From Eledone cirrhosa (lineage: Eukaryota): 64,000 bases of DNA. The translations under genes and the position numbers were made by a program. Numbering within the stretch: position 1 is the first letter of the stretch; every line of letters begins with the position of its first letter. The notes below the pieces were generated by a model. The model saw only the letters and a program-made list of their open reading frames with translations. It was not told the DNA's origin and did not search any database. The stretch lies in assembly GCA_964016885.1 (NCBI GenBank), contig OZ024744.1:1116001-1180000 (forward strand), written 5' to 3'. This document shows, piece by piece, positions 38,001 to 51,859 of this stretch.

Positions 38001-39640
38001 ATGTAGAGAAAGATAGCTTGATGAAGAACGAAGTTTTGGGAGAAGACAAGGTAGAGAAAGATAGCTTGGTGAAGAACGAAGTTTTGAGGGAAGACAAGGT
38101 AGAGAAAGATAGCTCGGTGAAGAACGAAGTTTTGGGGGAAGACAAGGTAGAGAAAGATAGCTTGGTGAAGAACGAAGTTTTCAGGGAAGACAAGGTAGAG
38201 AAAGATAGCTTGGTGAAGAACGAAGTTTTGAGGGAAGACAAGGTAGAGAAAGATAGTTGGTGAAGAACGAAGTTTTGAGGGAAGACAAGGTAGAGAAAGA
38301 TAGCTTGATGAAGTACGAAGTTTTGGGGGAAGACAAGGTAGAGAAAGATAGCTTGGTGAAGAACGAAGTTTTGAGGGAAGACAAGGTAGAGAAAGATAGC
38401 TTGATGAAGAACGAAGTTTTGAGGGAAGACACGGTAGAGAAAGATAGCTTGGTGAAGAACGAAGTTTTGAGGAAAGACAAAGTAGAGAAAGATAGCTTGG
38501 TGAAGAACAAAGTTTTGGGGGAAGACAATGTAGAGAAAGATAGCTTGATGAAGAACGAAGTTTTGGGAGAAGACAAGGTAGAGAAAGATAGCTTGGTGAA
38601 GAACGAAGTTTTGAGGGAAGACAAGGTAGAGAAAGATAGCTCGGTGAAGAACGAAGTTTTGGGGGAAGACAAGGTAGAGAAAGATAGCTTGGTGAAGAAC
38701 GAAGTTTTCAGGGAAGACAAGGTAGAGAAAGATAGCTTGGTGAAGAACGAAGTTTTGAGGGAAGACAAGGTAGAAAAAGATAGTTGGTGAAGAACGAAGT
38801 TTTGAGGGAAGACAAGGTAGAGAAAGATAGCTTGGTGAAGAACGACGTTTTGAGGGAAGACAAGGTAGAGAAAGATAGCTTGGTGAAGAACGACGTTTTG
38901 GGGGAAGAAAATGTAGAGAAAGATAGCTTGGTGAAGAACGACGTTTTGAGGGAAGACAAGGTAGAGATAGATAGCTTGGTGAAGAACGAAGTTTTGAGGG
39001 AAGGCAAAGTAGAGAAAGATAGCTTAGTGAAGAACGAAGTTTTGGAGGAAGACAATGTTGAGAAAGATAGCTTGATGAAGAACGAAGTTTTGGGGGAAGA
39101 CAAGGTAGAGAAAGATAGCTTGATGAAGTACGAAGTGTTGGGGGAAGACAAGGTAGAGAAAGATAGCTTGGTGAAGAACGACGTTTTGTGGGAAGACAAG
39201 GTAGAGAAATATAGTTGGTGAAGAACGAAGTTTTGAGGCAAGACAAGGTAGAGAAAGATAGCTTGGTGAAGAACGAAGTTTTGAGGGAAGACAAGGTAGA
39301 GAAAGATAGCTTGGTGAAGAACGAAGTTTTGGGGGAAGACAATGTAGAAAAAGATAGCTTGGTGAAGAACGAAGTTTTGAGGGAAGACAAGGTAGAGAAA
39401 GATAGCTTGGTGAAGAACGAAGTTTTGGGGTAAGACAAGGTAGAGAAAGATAGCTTGGTGAAGAACGAAGTTTTGAGGGAAGACAAGGTATAGAAAGAGA
39501 GCTTGATGAAGAACGAAGTTTTGAGGGAAGACAAGGTAGAGAAAGATAGCTTGATGAAGTACGAAATATTGGGGGAAGACAAGGTAGAGAAAGATAGCTT
39601 GGTGAAGAACGAAATTTTGAGGGAAGACAAGGTAGAGAAA
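33780..39640. repeat. About 2.6 tandem copies of a 2253-bp unit (47 monomers)
   Basis: ORF series 34278/36531/38784, 34709/36962/39215, 35189/37442 and 36004/38257. Confidence 0.88.
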
Positions 39641-42600
39641 GATAGCTTGATGAAGAACGAAGTTTTGAGGGAAGACAAGGTAGAGAAAGATAGCTTGATG
39701 AAGTACGAAGTTTTGGGGGAAGACAAGGTAGAGAAAGATAGCTTGGTGAAGAACGAAGTTTTGAGGGAAGGCAAGGTAGAGAAAGATAGCTTGATGAAGA
39801 ACGAAGTTTTGAGGGAAGACAATGTAGAGAAAGATAGCTTGATGAAGAACGAAGTTTTGGGGGAAGACAAGGTAGAGAAAGATAGTTGGTGAAGAACGAA
39901 GTTTTGAGGGAAGAAAAGGTAGAGAAAGATAGCTTGGTGAAGAACGACGTTTTGAGGGAAGACAAGGTAGAGAAAGATAGCTTGGTGAAGAACGAAGTTT
40001 TGGGGGAAGACAAGGTAGAGAAAGATAGCTTGATGAAGTACGAAGTTTTGGGGGAAGACAAGGTAGAGAAAGATAGCTTGGTGAAGAACGACGTTTTGTG
40101 GGAAGACAAGGTAGAGAAAGATAGTTGGTGAAGAACGAAGTTTTGAGGCAAGACAAGGTAGAGAAAGATAGCTTGATGAAGAACGAAGTATTGAGGGAAG
40201 ACAAGGTAGAGAAAGATAGCTTGGTGAAGAACGAAGTTTTGAGGGAAGATAAGGTAGAGAAAGATAGCTTGATGAAGAACGAAGTTTTGAGGGAAGACAA
40301 GGTAGAGAAAGATAGCTTGATGAAGAACGAAGTTTTGAGGGAAGACAAGGTAGAGAAAGATAGCTTGATGAAGAACGAAGTTTTGAGGGAAGACAAGGTA
40401 GAGAAAGATAGCTTGGTGAAGAACGAAGTTTTGAGGGAAGACAAGGTAGAGAAAGATAGCTTGATGAAGAACGAAGTTTTGAGGGAAGACAAGGTAGAGA
40501 AAGATAGCTTGATGAAGTACGAAGTTTTGGGGGAAGACAAGGTAGAGAAAGATAGCTTGGTGAAGAACGAAGTTTTGAGGGAAGGCAAGGTAGAGAAAGA
40601 TAGCTTGATGAAGAACGAAGTTTTGAGGGAAGACAAGGTAGAGAAAGATAGCTTGGTGAAGAACGAAGTTTTGAGGGAAGACAAAGTATAGAAAGATAGC
40701 TTGGTGAAGAACGAAGTTTTGGGGGAAGACAATGTAGAGAAGGATAGCTTGATGAAGAACGAAGTTTTGGGGGAAGACAAGGTAGAGAAAGATAGCTTGG
40801 TGAAGAACGACGTTTTGGGGGAAGAAAATGTAGAGAAAGATAGCTTGGTGAAGAACGACGTTTTGAGGGAAGACAAGGTAGAGATAGATAGCTTGGTGAA
40901 GAACGAAGTTTTGAGGGAAGGCAAAGTAGAGAAAGATAGCTTGGTGAAGAACGAAGTTTTGGAGGAAGACAATGTTGAGAAAGATAGCTTGATGAAGAAC
41001 GAAGTTTTGAGGGAAGGCAAAGTAGAGAAAGATAGCTTGGTGAAGAACGAAGTTTTGGAGGAAGACAATGTTGAGAAAGATAGCTTGATGAAGAACGAAG
41101 TTTTGGGGGAAGACAAGGTAGAGAAAGATAGCTTGATGAAGTACGAAGTGTTGGGGGAAGACAAGGTAGAGAAAGATAGCTTGGTGAAGAACGACGTTTT
41201 GTGGGAAGACAAGGTAGAGAAATATAGTTGGTGAAGAACGAAGTTTTGAGGCAAGACAAGGTAGAGAAAGATAGCTTGGTGAAGAACGAAGTTTTGAGGG
41301 AAGACAAGGTAGAGAAAGATAGCTTGGTGAAGAACGAAGTTTTGGGGGAAGACAATGTAGAAAAAGATAGCTTGGTGAAGAACGAAGTTTTGAGGGAAGA
41401 CAAGGTAGAGAAAGATAGCTTGGTGAAGAACGAAGTTTTGGGGTAAGACAAGGTAGAGAAAGATAGCTTGGTGAAGAACGAAGTTTTGAGGGAAGACAAG
41501 GTATAGAAAGAGAGCTTGATGAAGAACGAAGTTTTGAGGGAAGACAAGGTAGAGAAAGATAGCTTGATGAAGTACGAAATATTGGGGGAAGACAAGGTAG
41601 AGAAAGATAGCTTGGTGAAGAACGAAATTTTGAGGGAAGACAAGGTAGAGAAAGATAGCTTGATGAAGAACGAAGTTTTGAGGGAAGACAAGGTAGAGAA
41701 AGATAGCTTGATGAAGTACGAAGTTTTGGGGGAAGACAAGGTAGAGAAAGATAGCTTGGTGAAGAACGAAGTTTTGAGGGAAGGCAAGGTAGAGAAAGAT
41801 AGCTTGATGAAGAACGAAGTTTTGAGGGAAGACAATGTAGAGAAAGATAGCTTGATGAAGAACGAAGTTTTGGGGGAAGACAAGGTAGAGAAAGATAGTT
41901 GGTGAAGAACGAAGTTTTGAGGGAAGAAAAGGTAGAGAAAGATAGCTTGGTGAAGAACGACGTTTTGAGGGAAGACAAGGTAGAGAAAGATAGCTTGGTG
42001 AAGAACGAAGTTTTGGGGGAAGACAAGGTAGAGAAAGATAGCTTGATGAAGTACGAAGTTTTGGGGGAAGACAAGGTAGAGAAAGATAGCTTGGTGAAGA
42101 ACGACGTTTTGTGGGAAGACAAGGTAGAGAAAGATAGTTGGTGAAGAACGAAGTTTTGAGGCAAGACAAGGTAGAGAAAGATAGCTTGATGAAGAACGAA
42201 GTATTGAGGGAAGACAAGGTAGAGAAAGATAGCTTGGTGAAGAACGAAGTTTTGAGGGAAGATAAGGTAGAGAAAGATAGCTTGATGAAGAACGAAGTTT
42301 TGAGGGAAGACAAGGTAGAGAAAGATAGCTTGATGAAGAACGAAGTTTTGAGGGAAGACAAGGTAGAGAAAGATAGCTTGATGAAGAACGAAGTTTTGAG
42401 GGAAGACAAGGTAGAGAAAGATAGCTTGGTGAAGAACGAAGTTTTGAGGGAAGACAAGGTAGAGAAAGATAGCTTGATGAAGAACGAAGTTTTGAGGGAA
42501 GACAAGGTAGAGAAAGATAGCTTGATGAAGTACGAAGTTTTGGGGGAAGACAAGGTAGAGAAAGATAGCTTGGTGAAGAACGAAGTTTTGAGGGAAGGCA

Positions 42601-42810
42601 AGGTAGAGAAAGATAGCTTGATGAAGAACGAAGTTTTGAGGGAAGACAAGGTAGAGAAAGATAGCTTGGTGAAGAACGAAGTTTTGAGGGAAGACAAAGT
42701 ATAGAAAGATAGCTTGGTGAAGAACGAAGTTTTGGGGGAAGACAATGTAGAGAAGGATAGCTTGATGAAGAACGAAGTTTTGGGGGAAGACAAGGTAGAG
42801 AAAGATAGCT
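38880..42810. repeat. Tandem duplication, period 2013 bp (42 monomers)
   Basis: ORF pairs 39215/41228, 39503/41516, 39886/41899 and 40125/42138. Confidence 0.88.
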
Positions 42811-45800
42811 TGGTGAAGAAAGAAGTTTTGAGGGAAGACAAGGTAGAGAAAGATAGTTGGTGAAGAACGAAGTTTTGAGGGAAGAAAAGGTAGAGAAAGA
42901 TAGCTTGGTGAAGAACGACGTTTTGAGGGAAGACAAGGTAGAGAAAGATAGCTTGGTGAAGAACAAAGTTTTGGGGGAAGACAAGGTAGAGAAAGATAGC
43001 TTGATGAAGTACGAAGTTTTGGGGGAAGACAAGGTAGAGAAAGATAGCTTGGTGAGGAACGACGTTTTGTGGGAAGACAAGGTAGAGAAACATAGTTGGT
43101 GAAGAACGAAGTTTTGAGGGAAGACAAGGTAGAGAAAGATAGCTTGGTGATGAACGAAGTTTTGAGGGAAGACAAGGTAGAGAAAGATAGCTTGATGAAG
43201 AACGAAGTTTTGAGGGAAGACAAGGTAGAGAAAGATAGCTTGATGAAGTACGAAGTTTTGGGGGAAGACAAGGTAGAGAAAGATAGCTTGGTGAAGAACG
43301 AAGTTTTGAGGGAAGACAAGGTAGAGAAAGATAGCTTGATGAAGAACGAAGTTTTGAGGGAAGACACGGTAGAGAAAGATAGCTTGGTGAAGAACGAAGT
43401 TTTGAGGGAAGACAAAGTAGAGAAAGATAGCTTGGTGAAGAACAAAGTTTTGGGGGAAGACAATGTAGAGAAAGATAGCTTGATGAAGAACGAAGTTTTG
43501 GGAGAAGACAAGGTAGAGAAAGATAGCTTGGTGAAGAACGAAGTTTTGAGGGAAGACAAGGTAGAGAAAGATAGCTCGGTGAAGAACGAAGTTTTGGGGG
43601 AAGACAAGGTAGAGAAAGATAGCTTGGTGAAGAACGAAGTTTTCAGGGAAGACAAGGTAGAGAAAGATAGCTTGGTGAAGAACGAAGTTTTGAGGGAAGA
43701 CAAGGTAGAAAAAGATAGTTGGTGAAGAACGAAGTTTTGAGGGAAGACAAGGTAGAGAAAGATAGCTTGGTGAAGAACGACGTTTTGAGGGAAGACAAGG
43801 TAGAGAAAGATAGCTTGGTGAAGAACGACGTTTTGGGGGAAGAAAATGTAGAGAAAGATAGCTTGGTGAAGAACGACGTTTTGAGGGAAGACAAGGTAGA
43901 GATAGATAGCTTGGTGAAGAACGAAGTTTTGAGGGAAGGCAAAGTAGAGAAAGATAGCTTGGTGAAGAACGAAGTTTTGGAGGAAGACAATGTTGAGAAA
44001 GATAGCTTGATGAAGAACGAAGTTTTGGGGGAAGACAAGGTAGAGAAAGATAGCTTGATGAAGTACGAAGTGTTGGGGGAAGACAAGGTAGAGAAAGATA
44101 GCTTGGTGAAGAACGACGTTTTGTGGGAAGACAAGGTAGAGAAATATAGTTGGTGAAGAACGAAGTTTTGAGGCAAGACAAGGTAGAGAAAGATAGCTTG
44201 GTGAAGAACGAAGTTTTGAGGGAAGACAAGGTAGAGAAAGATAGCTTGGTGAAGAACGAAGTTTTGGGGGAAGACAATGTAGAGAAAGATAGCTTGGTGA
44301 AGAACGAAGTTTTGAGGGAAGACAAGGTAGAGAAAGATAGCTTGGTGAAGAACGAAGTTTTGGGGTAAGACAAGGTAGAGAAAGATAGCTTGGTGAAGAA
44401 CGAAGTTTTGAGGGAAGACAAGGTATAGAAAGAGAGCTTGATGAAGAACGAAGTTTTGAGGGAAGACAAGGTAGAGAAAGATAGCTTGATGAAGTACGAA
44501 ATATTGGGGGAAGACAAGGTAGAGAAAGATAGCTTGGTGAAGAACGAAATTTTGAGGGAAGACAAGGTAGAGAAAGATAGCTTGATGAAGAACGAAGTTT
44601 TGAGGTAAGACAAGGTAGAGAAAGATAGCTTGGTGAAGAACGAAGTTTTGAGGGAAGACAAAGTAGAGAAAGATAGCTTGGTGAAGAACGAAGTTTTGGG
44701 GGAAGACAATGTTGAGAAAGATAGCTTGATGAAGAACGAAGTTTTGGGGGAAGACAAGGTAGAGAAAGATAGCTTGGTGAAGAAAGAAGTTTTGAGGGAA
44801 GACAAGGTAGAGAAAGATAGTTGGTGAAGAACGAAGTTTTGAGGGAAGAAAAGGTAGAGAAAGATAGCTTGGTGAAGAACGACGTTTTGAGGGAAGACAA
44901 GGTAGAGAAAGATAGCTTGGTGAAGAACAAAGTTTTGGTGAAGACAAGGTAGAGAAAGATAGCTTGATGAAGTACGAAGTTTTGGGGGAAGACAAGGTAG
45001 AGAAAGATAGCTTGGTGAGGAACGACGTTTTGTGGGAAGACAAGGTAGAGAAACATAGTTGGTGAAGAACGAAGTTTTGAGGGAAGACAAGGTAGAGAAA
45101 GATAGCTTGGTGATGAACGAAGTTTTGAGGGAAGACAAGGTAGAGAAAGATAGCTTGATGAAGAACGAAGTTTTGAGGGAAGACAAGGTAGAGAAAGATA
45201 GCTTGATGAAGTACGAAGTTTTGGGGGAAGACAAGGTAGAGAAAGATAGCTTGGTGAAGAACGAAGTTTTGAGGGAAGACAAGGTAGAGAAAGATAGCTT
45301 GATGAAGAACGAAGTTTTGAGGGAAGACACGGTAGAGAAAGATAGCTTGGTGAAGAACGAAGTTTTGAGGGAAGACAAAGTAGAGAAAGATAGCTTGGTG
45401 AAGAACAACGTTTTGGGGGAAGACAATGTAGAGAAAGATAGCTTGATGAAGAACGAAGTTTTGGGAGAAGACAAGGTAGAGAAAGATAGCTTGGTGAAGA
45501 ACGAAGTTTTGAGGGAAGACAAGGTAGAGAAAGATAGCTCGGTGAAGAACGAGGTTTTGGGGGAAGACAAGGTAGAGAAAGATAGCTTGGTGAAGAACGA
45601 AGTTTTCAGGGAAGACAAGGTAGAGAAAGATAGCTTGGTGAAGAACGAAGTTTTGAGGGAAGACAAGGTAGAAAAAGATAGTTGGTGAAGAACGAAGTTT
45701 TGAGGGAAGACAAGGTAGAGAAAGATAGCTTGGTGAAGAACGACGTTTTGAGGGAAGACAAGGTAGAGAAAGATAGCTTGGTGAAGAACGACGTTTTGGG

Positions 45801-46730
45801 GGAAGAAAATGTAGAGAAAGATAGCTTGGTGAAGAACGACGTTTTGAGGGAAGACAAGGTAGAGATAGATAGCTTGGTGAAGAACGAAGTTTTGAGGGAA
45901 GGCAAAGTAGAGAAAGATAGCTTGGTGAAGAACGAAGTTTTGGAGGAAGACAATGTTGAGAAAGATAGCTTGATGAAGAACGAAGTTTTGGGGGAAGACA
46001 AGGTAGAGAAAGATAGCTTGATGAAGTACGAAGTGTTGGGGGAAGACAAGGTAGAGAAAGATAGCTTGGTGAAGAACGACGTTTTGTGGGAAGACAAGGT
46101 AGAGAAATATAGTTGGTGAAGAACTAAGTTTTGAGGCAAGACAAGGTAGAGAAAGATAGCTTGGTGAAGAACGAAGTTTTGAGGGAAGACAAGGTAGAGA
46201 AAGATAGCTTGGTGAAGAACGAAGTTTTGGGGGAAGACAATGTAGAGAAAGATAGCTTGGTGAAGAACGAAGTTTTGAGGGAAGACAAGGTAGAGAAAGA
46301 TAGCTTGGTGAAGAACGAAGTTTTGGGGTAAGACAAGGTAGAGAAAGATAGCTTGGTGAAGAACGAAGTTTTGAGGGAAGACAAGGTATAGAAAGAGAGC
46401 TTGATGAAGAACGAAGTTTTGAGGGAAGACAAGGTAGAGAAAGATAGCTTGATGAAGTACGAAATATTGGGGGAAGACAAGGTAGAGAAAGATAGCTTGG
46501 TGAAGAACGAAATTTTGAGGGAAGACAAGGTAGAGAAAGATAGCTTGATGAAGAACGAAGTTTTGAGGTAAGACAAGGTAGAGAAAGATAGCTTGGTGAA
46601 GAACGAAGTTTTGAGGGAAGACAAAGTAGAGAAAGATAGCTTGGTGAAGAACGAAGTTTTGGGGGAAGACAATGTTGTGAAAGATAGCTTGATGAAGAAC
46701 GAAGTTTTGGGGGAAGACAAGGTAGAGAAA
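42720..46730. repeat. Tandem duplication, period 1963 bp (41 monomers)
   Basis: ORF pairs 43096/45059, 43719/45682 and 44630/46593. Confidence 0.85.
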
Positions 46731-47359
46731 GATAGCTTGGTGAAGAACGAAGTTTTGAGGGAAGACAAGGTAGAGAAAGATAGCTTGGTGAAGAACGAAG
46801 TTTTGGGGGAAACAAGGTAGAGAAAGATAGCTTGGTGAAGAACGAAGTTTTGAGGGAAGACAAGGTAGAGAAAGGTAGCTTGGTGAAGAACGAAGTTTTG
46901 AGGGAAGACAAGGTAGAGAAAGATAGCTTGATGAAGTACGAAGTTTTTGGGGAAGACAAGGTAGAGAAAGATAGCTTGGTGAAGAACGAAGTTTTGAGGG
47001 AAGACAAGGTAGAGAAAGATAGCTTGATGAAGAACGAAGTTTTGAGGGAAGACAAGGTAGAGAAAGATAGCTTGGTGAAGAACGAAGTTTTGAGGGAAGA
47101 CAAAGTAGAGAAAGATAGCTTGGTGAAGAACGAAGTCTTGGGGGAAGACAATGTAGAGAAAGATAGCTTGATGAAGAATGAAGTTTTGGGAGAAGACAAG
47201 GTAGAGAAAGATAGCTTGGTGAAGAACGAAGTTTTGAGGGAAGACAAGGTAGAGAAAGATAGCTCGGTGAAGAACGAAGTTTTGGGGGAAGACAAGGTAG
47301 AGAAAGATAGCTTGGTGAAGAACGAAGTTTTCAGCGAAGACAAGGTAGAGAAAGATAGC

Positions 47360-50300
47360 TTGGTGAAGAACGAAGTTTTGAGGGAAGACAAGGTAGAGAA
47401 AGATAGTTGGTGAAGAACGAAGTTTTGAGGGAAGACAAGGTAGAGAAAGATAGCTTGGTGAAGAACGACGTTTTGAGGGAAGACAAGGTAGAGAAAGATA
47501 GCTTGGTGAAGAACGACGTTTTGGGGGAAGAAAAGGTAGAGAAAGATAACTTGGTGAAGAACAAAGTTTTGGGGGAAGACAAGGTAGAGAAAGATAGCTT
47601 GGTGAAGAACGAAGTATTGAGGGAAGACTCGGTAGAGAAAGATAGCTTGGTGAAGAACGACGTTTTGAGGGAAGACAAGGTAGAGAAAGATAGCTTGGTG
47701 AAGAACGAGGTTTTGAGGGAAGACAAGGTAGAGAAAGATAGCTTGGTGAAGAACGACGTTTTGGGGGAAGACAAGGTAGAGAAAGATAGCTTGGTGAAGA
47801 ACGAAGTTTTGAGGGAATACAAGGTAGAGAAAGATAGCTTGGTGAAGAACGAAGTTTTGAGGGATGACAAAGTAGAGAAAGATAGCTTGGTGAAGAACGA
47901 AGTTTTGAGGGAAGACAAGGTAGAGAAAGAGAGCTTGGTGAAGAACGAAGTTTTGGGGGAAGACAATGTAGAGAAAGATAGCTTGGTGAAGAACGAAGTT
48001 TTGACGGACGACAAAGTAGAGAAAGATAGCTTGGTGAAGAACGAAGTTTTGGGGGAAGACAAGGTAGAGAAAGATAGCTTGATTAAGAACGAAGTTTTGG
48101 GGGAAGACAAGGTAGAGAAAGATAGCGTGGTGAAGAACGAAGTTTTGAGGAAAGACAAGGTAGAGAAAGATAGCTTGGTGAAGAACGATGTTTTGAGGGA
48201 AGACAAGGTAGAGAAGATAGCTTGGTGAAGAACGACGTTTTGAGGGAAGACAAGGTAGAGAAAGATAGCTTGGTGAAGAACGAAGTTTTGGGGGAAGACA
48301 AGGTAGAGAAAGATAGCTTGGTGAAGAACGAAATTTTGAGGGAAGACAAGGTAGAGAAAGATAGCTTGGTGAAGAACGAAGTTTTGGGGGAAGACAAGGT
48401 AGAGAAAGATAGCTTGGTGAAGAACGAATTTTGGGGGAAGACAAGGTAGAGAACGATAGCTTGGTGAAGAACGAAGTTTTGAGGGAAGACAAGGTAGAGA
48501 AAGATAGCTTGGTGAAGAACGAAGTTTTGAGGGAAGTCAAGGTAGAGAAAGATAGCTTGGTGAAGAACGACGTTTTGAGGGAAGACGAGGTAGAGAAAGA
48601 TAGCTTGGTGAAGAACGACGTTTTGGGGGAAGAAAAGGTAGACAAAGATAGCTTGGTGAAGAACAAAGTTTTGGGGGAAGACAAGGTAGAGAAATATAGC
48701 TTGGTGAAGAACGAAGTTTTGAGGGAAGACAAGGTAGAGAAAGATAGTTGGTGAAGAACGAAGTTTTGAGGGAAGACAAGGTAGAGAAAGATAGCTTGGT
48801 GAAGAACGACGTTTTGAGGGAAGACAAGGTAGAGAAAGATAGCTTGGTGAAGAACGACGTTTTGGGGGAAGAAAAGGTAGAGAAAGATAACTTGGTGAAG
48901 AACAAAGTTTTGGGGGAAGACAAGGTAGAGAAAGATAGCTTGGTGAAGAACGAAGTATTGAGGGAAGACTCGGTAGAGAAAGATAGCTTGGTGAAGAACG
49001 ACGTTTTGAGGGAAGACAAGGTAGAGAAAGATAGCTTGGTGAAGAACGAGGTTTTGAGGGAAGACAAGGTAGAGAAAGATAGCTTGGTGAAGAACGAAGT
49101 TTTGGGGGAAGACAAGGTAGAGAAAGATAGCTTGGTGAAGAACGAAGTTTTGAGGGAATACAAGGTAGAGAAAGATAGCTTGGTGAAGAACGAAGTTTTG
49201 AGGGAAGACAAAGTAGAGAAAGATAGCTTGGTGAAGAACGAAGTTTTGAGGGAAGACAAGGTAGAGAAAGAGAGCTTGGTGAAGAACGAAGTTTTGGGGG
49301 AAGACAATGTAGAGAAAGATAGCTTGGTGAAGAACGAAGTTTTGACGGACGACAAAGTAGAGAAAGATAGCTTGGTGAAGAACGAAGTTTTGGGGGAAGA
49401 CAAGGTAGAGAAAGATAGCTTGATTAAGAACGAAGTTTTGGGGGAAGACAAGGTAGAGAAAGATAGCGTGGTGAAGAACGAAGTTTTGAGGAAAGACAAG
49501 GTAGAGAAAGATAGCTTGGTGAAGAACGATGTTTTGAGGGAAGACAAGGTAGAGAAGATAGCTTGGTGAAGAACGACGTTTTGAGGGAAGACAAGGTAGA
49601 GAAAGATAGCTTGGTGAAGAACGAAGTTTTGGGGGAAGACAAGGTAGAGAAAGATAGCTTGGTGAAGAACGAAGTTTTGAGGGAAGACAAGGTAGAGAAA
49701 GATAGCTTGGTGAAGAACGAAGTTTTGGGGGAAGACAAGGTAGAGAAAGATAGCTTGGTGAAGAACGAATTTTGGGGGAAGACAAGGTAGAGAACGATAG
49801 CTTGGTGAAGAACGAAGTTTTGAGGGAAGACAAGGTAGAGAAAGATAGCTTGGTGAAGATCGAAGTTTTGAGGGAAGTCAAGGTAGAGAAAGATAGCTTG
49901 GTGAAGAACGACGTTTTGAGGGAAGACGAGGTAGAGAAAGATAGCTTGATTAAGAACGAAGTTTTGGGGGAAGACAAGGTAGAGAAAGATAGCGTGGTGA
50001 AGAACGAAGTTTTGGGGGAAGACAATGTAGAGAAAGATAGCTTGGTGAAGAACGAAGTTTTGACGGACGACAAAGTAGAGAAAGATAGCTTGGTGAAGAA
50101 CGAAGTTTTGGGGGAAGACAAGGTAGAGAAAGATAGCTTGATTAAGAACGAAGTTTTGGGGGAAGACAAGGTAGAGAAAGATAGCGTGGTGAAGAACGAA
50201 GTTTTGAGGAAAGACAAGGTAGAGAAAGATAGCTTGGTGAAGAACGATGTTTTGAGGGAGGACAAGGTAGAGAAGATAGCTTGGTGAAGAACGACGTTTT

Positions 50301-51800
50301 GAGGGAAGACAAGGTAGAGAAAGATAGCTTGGAGAAGAACGAAGTTTTGGGGGAAGACAAGGTAGAGAAAGATAGCTTGGTGAAGAACGAAGTTTTGAGG
50401 GAAGACAAGGTAGAGAAAGATAGCTTGGTGAAGAACGACGTTTTGGGGGAAGAAAAGGTAGACAAAGATACCTTGGTGAAGAACAAAGTTTTGGGGGAAG
50501 ACAAGGTAGAGAAATATAGCTTGGTGAAGAACGAAGTTTTGAGGGAAGACAAGGTAGAGAAAGATAGTTGGTGAAGAACGAAGTTTTGAGGGAAGACAAG
50601 GTAGAGAAAGATAGCTTGGTGAAGAACGACGTTTTGAGGGAAGACAAGGTAGAGAAAGATAGCTTGGTGAAGAACGACGTTTTGGGGGAAGAAAAGGTAG
50701 AGAAAGATAACTTGGTGAAGAACAAAGTTTTGGGGGAAGACAAGGTAGAGAAAGATAGCTTGGTGAAGAACGAAGTATTGAGGGAAGACTCGGTAGAGAA
50801 AGATAGCTTGGTGAAGAACGACGTTTTGAGGGAAGATAAGGTAGAGAAAGATAGCTTGGTGAAGAACGAGGTTTTGAGGGAAGACAAGGTAGAGAAAGAT
50901 AGCTTGGTGAAGAACGAAGTTTTGGGGGAAGACAAGGTAGAGAAAGATAGCTTGGTGAAGAACGAAGTTTTGAGGGAATACAAGGTAGAGAAAGATAGCT
51001 TGGTGAAGAACGAAGTTTTGAGGGAAGACAAAGTAGAGAAAGATAGCTTGGTGAAGAACGAAGTTTTGAGGGAAGACAAGGTAGAGAAAGAGAGCTTGGT
51101 GAAGAACGAAGTTTTGGGGGAAGACAATGTAGAGAAAGATAGCTTGGTGAAGAACGAAGTTTTGACGGACGACAAAGTAGAGAAAGATAGCTTGGTGAAG
51201 AACGAAGTTTTGGGGGAAGACAAGGTAGAGAAAGATAGCTTGATTAAGAACGAAGTTTTGGGGGAAGACAAGGTAGAGAAAGATAGCGTGGTGAAGAACG
51301 ATGTTTTGAGGGAAGACAAGGTAGAGAAGATAGCTTGGTGAAGAACGACGTTTTGAGGGAAGACAAGGTAGAGAAAGATAGCTTGGTGAAGAACGAAGTT
51401 TTGGGGGAAGACAAGGTAGAGAAAGATAGCTTGGTGAAGAACGAAGTTTTGAGGGAAGACAAGGTAGAGAAAGATAGCTTGGTGAAGAACGAAGTTTTGG
51501 GGGAAGACAAGGTAGAGAAAGATAGCTTGGTGAAGAACGAATTTTGGGGGAAGACAAGGTAGAGAACGATAGCTTGGTGAAGAACGAAGTTTTGAGGGAA
51601 GACAAGGTAGAGAAAGATAGCTTGGTGAAGAACGAAGTTTTGAGGGAAGTCAAGGTAGAGAAAGATAGCTTGGTGAAGAACGACGTTTTGAGGGAAGACG
51701 AGGTAGAGAAAGATAGCTTGGTGAAGAACGACGTTTTGGGGGAAGAAAAGGTAGACAAAGATAGCTTGGTGAAGAACATAGTTTTGGGGGAAGACAAGGT
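47360..51800. repeat. 1341-bp unit (28 monomers) in two tandem copies, plus a third related copy at ~50520-51800
   Basis: ORF pairs 47407/48748, 48222/49563 and 48431/49772 give +1341; 50568, 51335 and 51544 are related. Private variants are GATAAC, GACTCGG, GAATAC, TTGACGGACGAC, GATTAAG and AGCGTGG. Confidence 0.88.
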
Positions 51801-51859
51801 AGAGAAATATAGCTTGGTGAAGAACGAAGTATTGAGGGAAGACTGGGTAGAGAAAGATA

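Noticed and set aside
30463-50265. 6600-aa and other very long minus-strand ORFs
   Set aside because: The + consensus lacks TTA, CTA and TCA, so all three minus frames are stop-free by construction. The ORFs overlap in all frames and drift among three repeat peptides at each deletion.
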